From: Blepharisma stoltei ATCC 30299
Lineage: Eukaryota; Protista; Ciliophora
Direction of reading: 5' to 3'
DNA: 64,000 nt
Assembly: GCA_965603825.1 (NCBI GenBank)
Contig: CBFDEM010000011.1
Location: forward strand, 1,116,704 to 1,180,703
A program made the position numbers and the translations under genes. Position 1 is the stretch's first letter. Every line of letters begins with the position of its first letter. This document shows positions 62,101 through 64,000 of the stretch, piece by piece. The notes under the pieces are model-generated. The model was not told the DNA's origin. It searched no databases and saw only the letters and a list, made by a program, of their open reading frames with translations.

Positions 62101-62170
62101 ATATGCAGTCTCAGTTGAAGATAAAGCTCTAATGATGTTTCCACATTTGAAGTATATTTTCAGTCATTAG
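59144..62170 (+). CDS. UBA1-like E1, copy B (1008 aa), lacking the canonical catalytic Cys
   Basis: Two ORFs join through TGA=Trp at 59582 (VEAWG versus VETWG in copy A). Collinear with copy A. SCTLKHYP is replaced by TDNLYFP. Confidence 0.92.
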
Positions 62171-62308
62171 CATTTAATTAAAATAAAGTTATATTGAAGT
62201 ATTATTTGGCTTTTTATTAGTATAAATATTAAACGATTTTTAAAGTTAGAAAATTAAATTATTTATTACCATATTTACTTAATTTCATAAATTAATTGTA
62301 GATTTGAA

Positions 62309-62611
62309 ATGAAAATTCCTGAGGACCAGAAATACTGAGATTTATGTGCTTCAATTTGCTTGATTAATACTATAGTAGAATATCTTTATATTGATGATGC
62401 AGGCCAAATTAGCAATTTAATGCAAATAGAGCAAGCTCTAAAAGATTCTCAAAAGTTTAACTTGAAAGAAGATTCAATAAAACAGCTGTGAGATCAGGCT
62501 AAAATGAAAAAGATATGATTTGAAACTGGCTCAACATTATTTTGAATGATAGTGATCTATGAAATTTGCTTTTTTATCAAGAACAAAATAAAACTTAGAT
62601 TTCTTTGGTAA
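62309..62611 (+). CDS. Possible 100-aa hypothetical ORF or gene remnant
   Basis: ATG-to-TAA frame is open only if four TGA codons are Trp. No recognisable motif. Confidence 0.3.
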
Positions 62612-62796
62612 GCTATTATAAGTTATGCCTAGGGCAAAATATTGAAAATAAGTTATTCCTATAAAAATGATGTTATATAATTATTATAATAACGACTTAT
62701 TAAGATCAAATTTTATTTTAAATCTGCATTTTTTGGAGTAGTTCAATACGGTCTTGGTCTAATGCGTCGCTAATGAAATTGATTTCTTTTTTAGAA

Positions 62797-64000
62797 AGGG
62801 TGTAGTTAGGGTGTTAGGGTGGTTAGGGTGTTAGGGTGTTAGGGTGTTAGGGTGTTAGGGTGTTAGGGTGTTAGGGTGTTAGGGTGTTAGGGTGTTAGGG
62901 GTTAGGGTGTTAGGGCTGTTAGGGGTTAGGGTGTTAGGGGTGTTAGGTGTTAGGGTGTTAGGGTGTTAGGGTGTTAGGGTGTTAGGTGTTAGGGTGTTAG
63001 GGTGTAGGGTTAGGGTGTTAGGGGTGTTAGGGTGTTAGGGTGTTAGGTGTTAGGGTGTAGGGTGTTAGGGTGTTAGGGTGTTAGGGTGTTAGGGGTGGTG
63101 TTAGGGTGTTAGGGTGTTAGGGTGTTAGGGTGTTAGGGTTAGTGTTAGGGTGTTAGGGTGTTAGGGTGTTAGGGTGTTAGGGTGTTAGGGTGTTAGGGTG
63201 TTAGGGTGTTAGGGTGTAGGGTGTTAGGGTGTTAGGGTGTTAGGGTGTTAGGGTGTGTTAGGGTGTTAGGGTGTTAGGGTGTTAGGGTGTTAGGGTGTTA
63301 GGGTGTTAGGGTGTTAGGGTGTTAGGGTGTTAGGGTGTTAGGTGTTAGGGTGTTAGGGGTGTTAGGGTGTTAGGGTGTTAGGGTGTTAGGGTGTTAGGGT
63401 GTGGTGTTAGGGTGTTAGGGTGTTAGGGTGTTAGGGTGTTAGGGTGTTAGGGTGTTTAGGGTGTTAGGGTGTTAGGGTGTTAGGGTGTTAGGGTGTTAGG
63501 GTGTTAGGGTGTTAGGGTGTTAGGGTGTTAGGGTGTTAGGGTGTTAGGGTGTTAGGGTGTTTTGGGTTGTTAGGGTGTTAGGGTGTTAGGGTGTGTAGGG
63601 TGTTAGGGTGTTAGGGTGTTAGGGTGTTAGGGTGGTTAGGGTGTTAGGGGGTGTTAGGGTGTTAGGGTGTTAGGGTGTTAGGGGTGTTAGGGGTGTTAGG
63701 GTGTTAGGGTGTTAGGGTGTTAGGGTGGTTAGGGTGTTAGGGTGTTAGGGTGTTAGGGTGTTAGGGTGGTAGGGTGTTAGGGTGTTAGGGTGTAGGGTGT
63801 AGGGTGTTAGGGTGTTAGGGTGTTAGGGTGTTAGGGTGTTAGGGTGTTAGGGTGTTAGGGTGTTAGGGTGTTAGGGTGTAGGGTGTTATAGGGTGTTAGG
63901 GTGTTAGGGTGTTAGGGTGTTAGGGTGTTAGGGTGTTAGGGTGTTAGGGTGTTAGGGTGTTAGGGTGTTAGGGTGTTAGGGTGTTAGGGTGTTTAGTGTT
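62797..64000 (+). repeat. Telomere, (TGTTAGGG)n, equivalent to CCCTAACA on the other strand
   Basis: About 1.2 kb of 8-nt tandem repeats running to the window end, with the G-rich strand 5'->3' toward the terminus and scattered indel variants. Confidence 0.97.

Noticed and set aside
41665-62170. Bacterial or viral origin, or a mobile element bounded by inverted repeats
   Set aside because: The genes use the host UGA=Trp code, carry host-type 15-nt introns and have eukaryotic UBA1/USP architecture. The inverted homology is just the E1 paralogs, and no transposase, integrase or capsid gene is visible.
62797-64000. CRISPR array, or biologically meaningful variant telomere repeats
   Set aside because: It is a simple 8-mer with no spacers. 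The variants are scattered indels typical of unpolished long-read ends.

Overview
This is an AT-rich, gene-dense eukaryotic chromosome end from a heterotrich ciliate macronucleus, most likely Blepharisma. Three signatures point there: UGA is read as Trp while TAA/TAG are stops, the introns are 15-16 nt GT..AG, and the window ends in about 1.2 kb of (TGTTAGGG)n telomere. The supplied ORF track used the standard code, so it splits many genes, which I rejoin here. Bases 1-41.5 kb hold ordinary, tightly packed genes: a FYVE-like protein, a large EF-hand protein, a BET1-like SNARE, an HMG-box protein, TBCB, a ~4,240-aa Cys-repeat type I membrane protein, acylated EF-hand paralogs, an NT-C2 protein, an amino-acid transporter and an LRR protein. 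This stretch also holds a candidate U17/snR30 H/ACA snoRNA. The standout is 41.7-62.2 kb, next to the telomere. It is a ~20-kb cluster in which every recognisable gene belongs to ubiquitin-like (Ubl) conjugation. It contains two outward-facing UBA1-like E1s (one lacking the catalytic Cys), three divergent E2s, three USP proteases sharing one intron position plus a USP relic, and three highly divergent small Ubl modifier genes ending in di-Gly plus an extension, largely missed by the ORF track. No E3 is recognisable. It looks like a self-contained, lineage-specific Ubl pathway undergoing birth-and-death evolution. Its novelty and function are inferences that need database searches and biochemistry.
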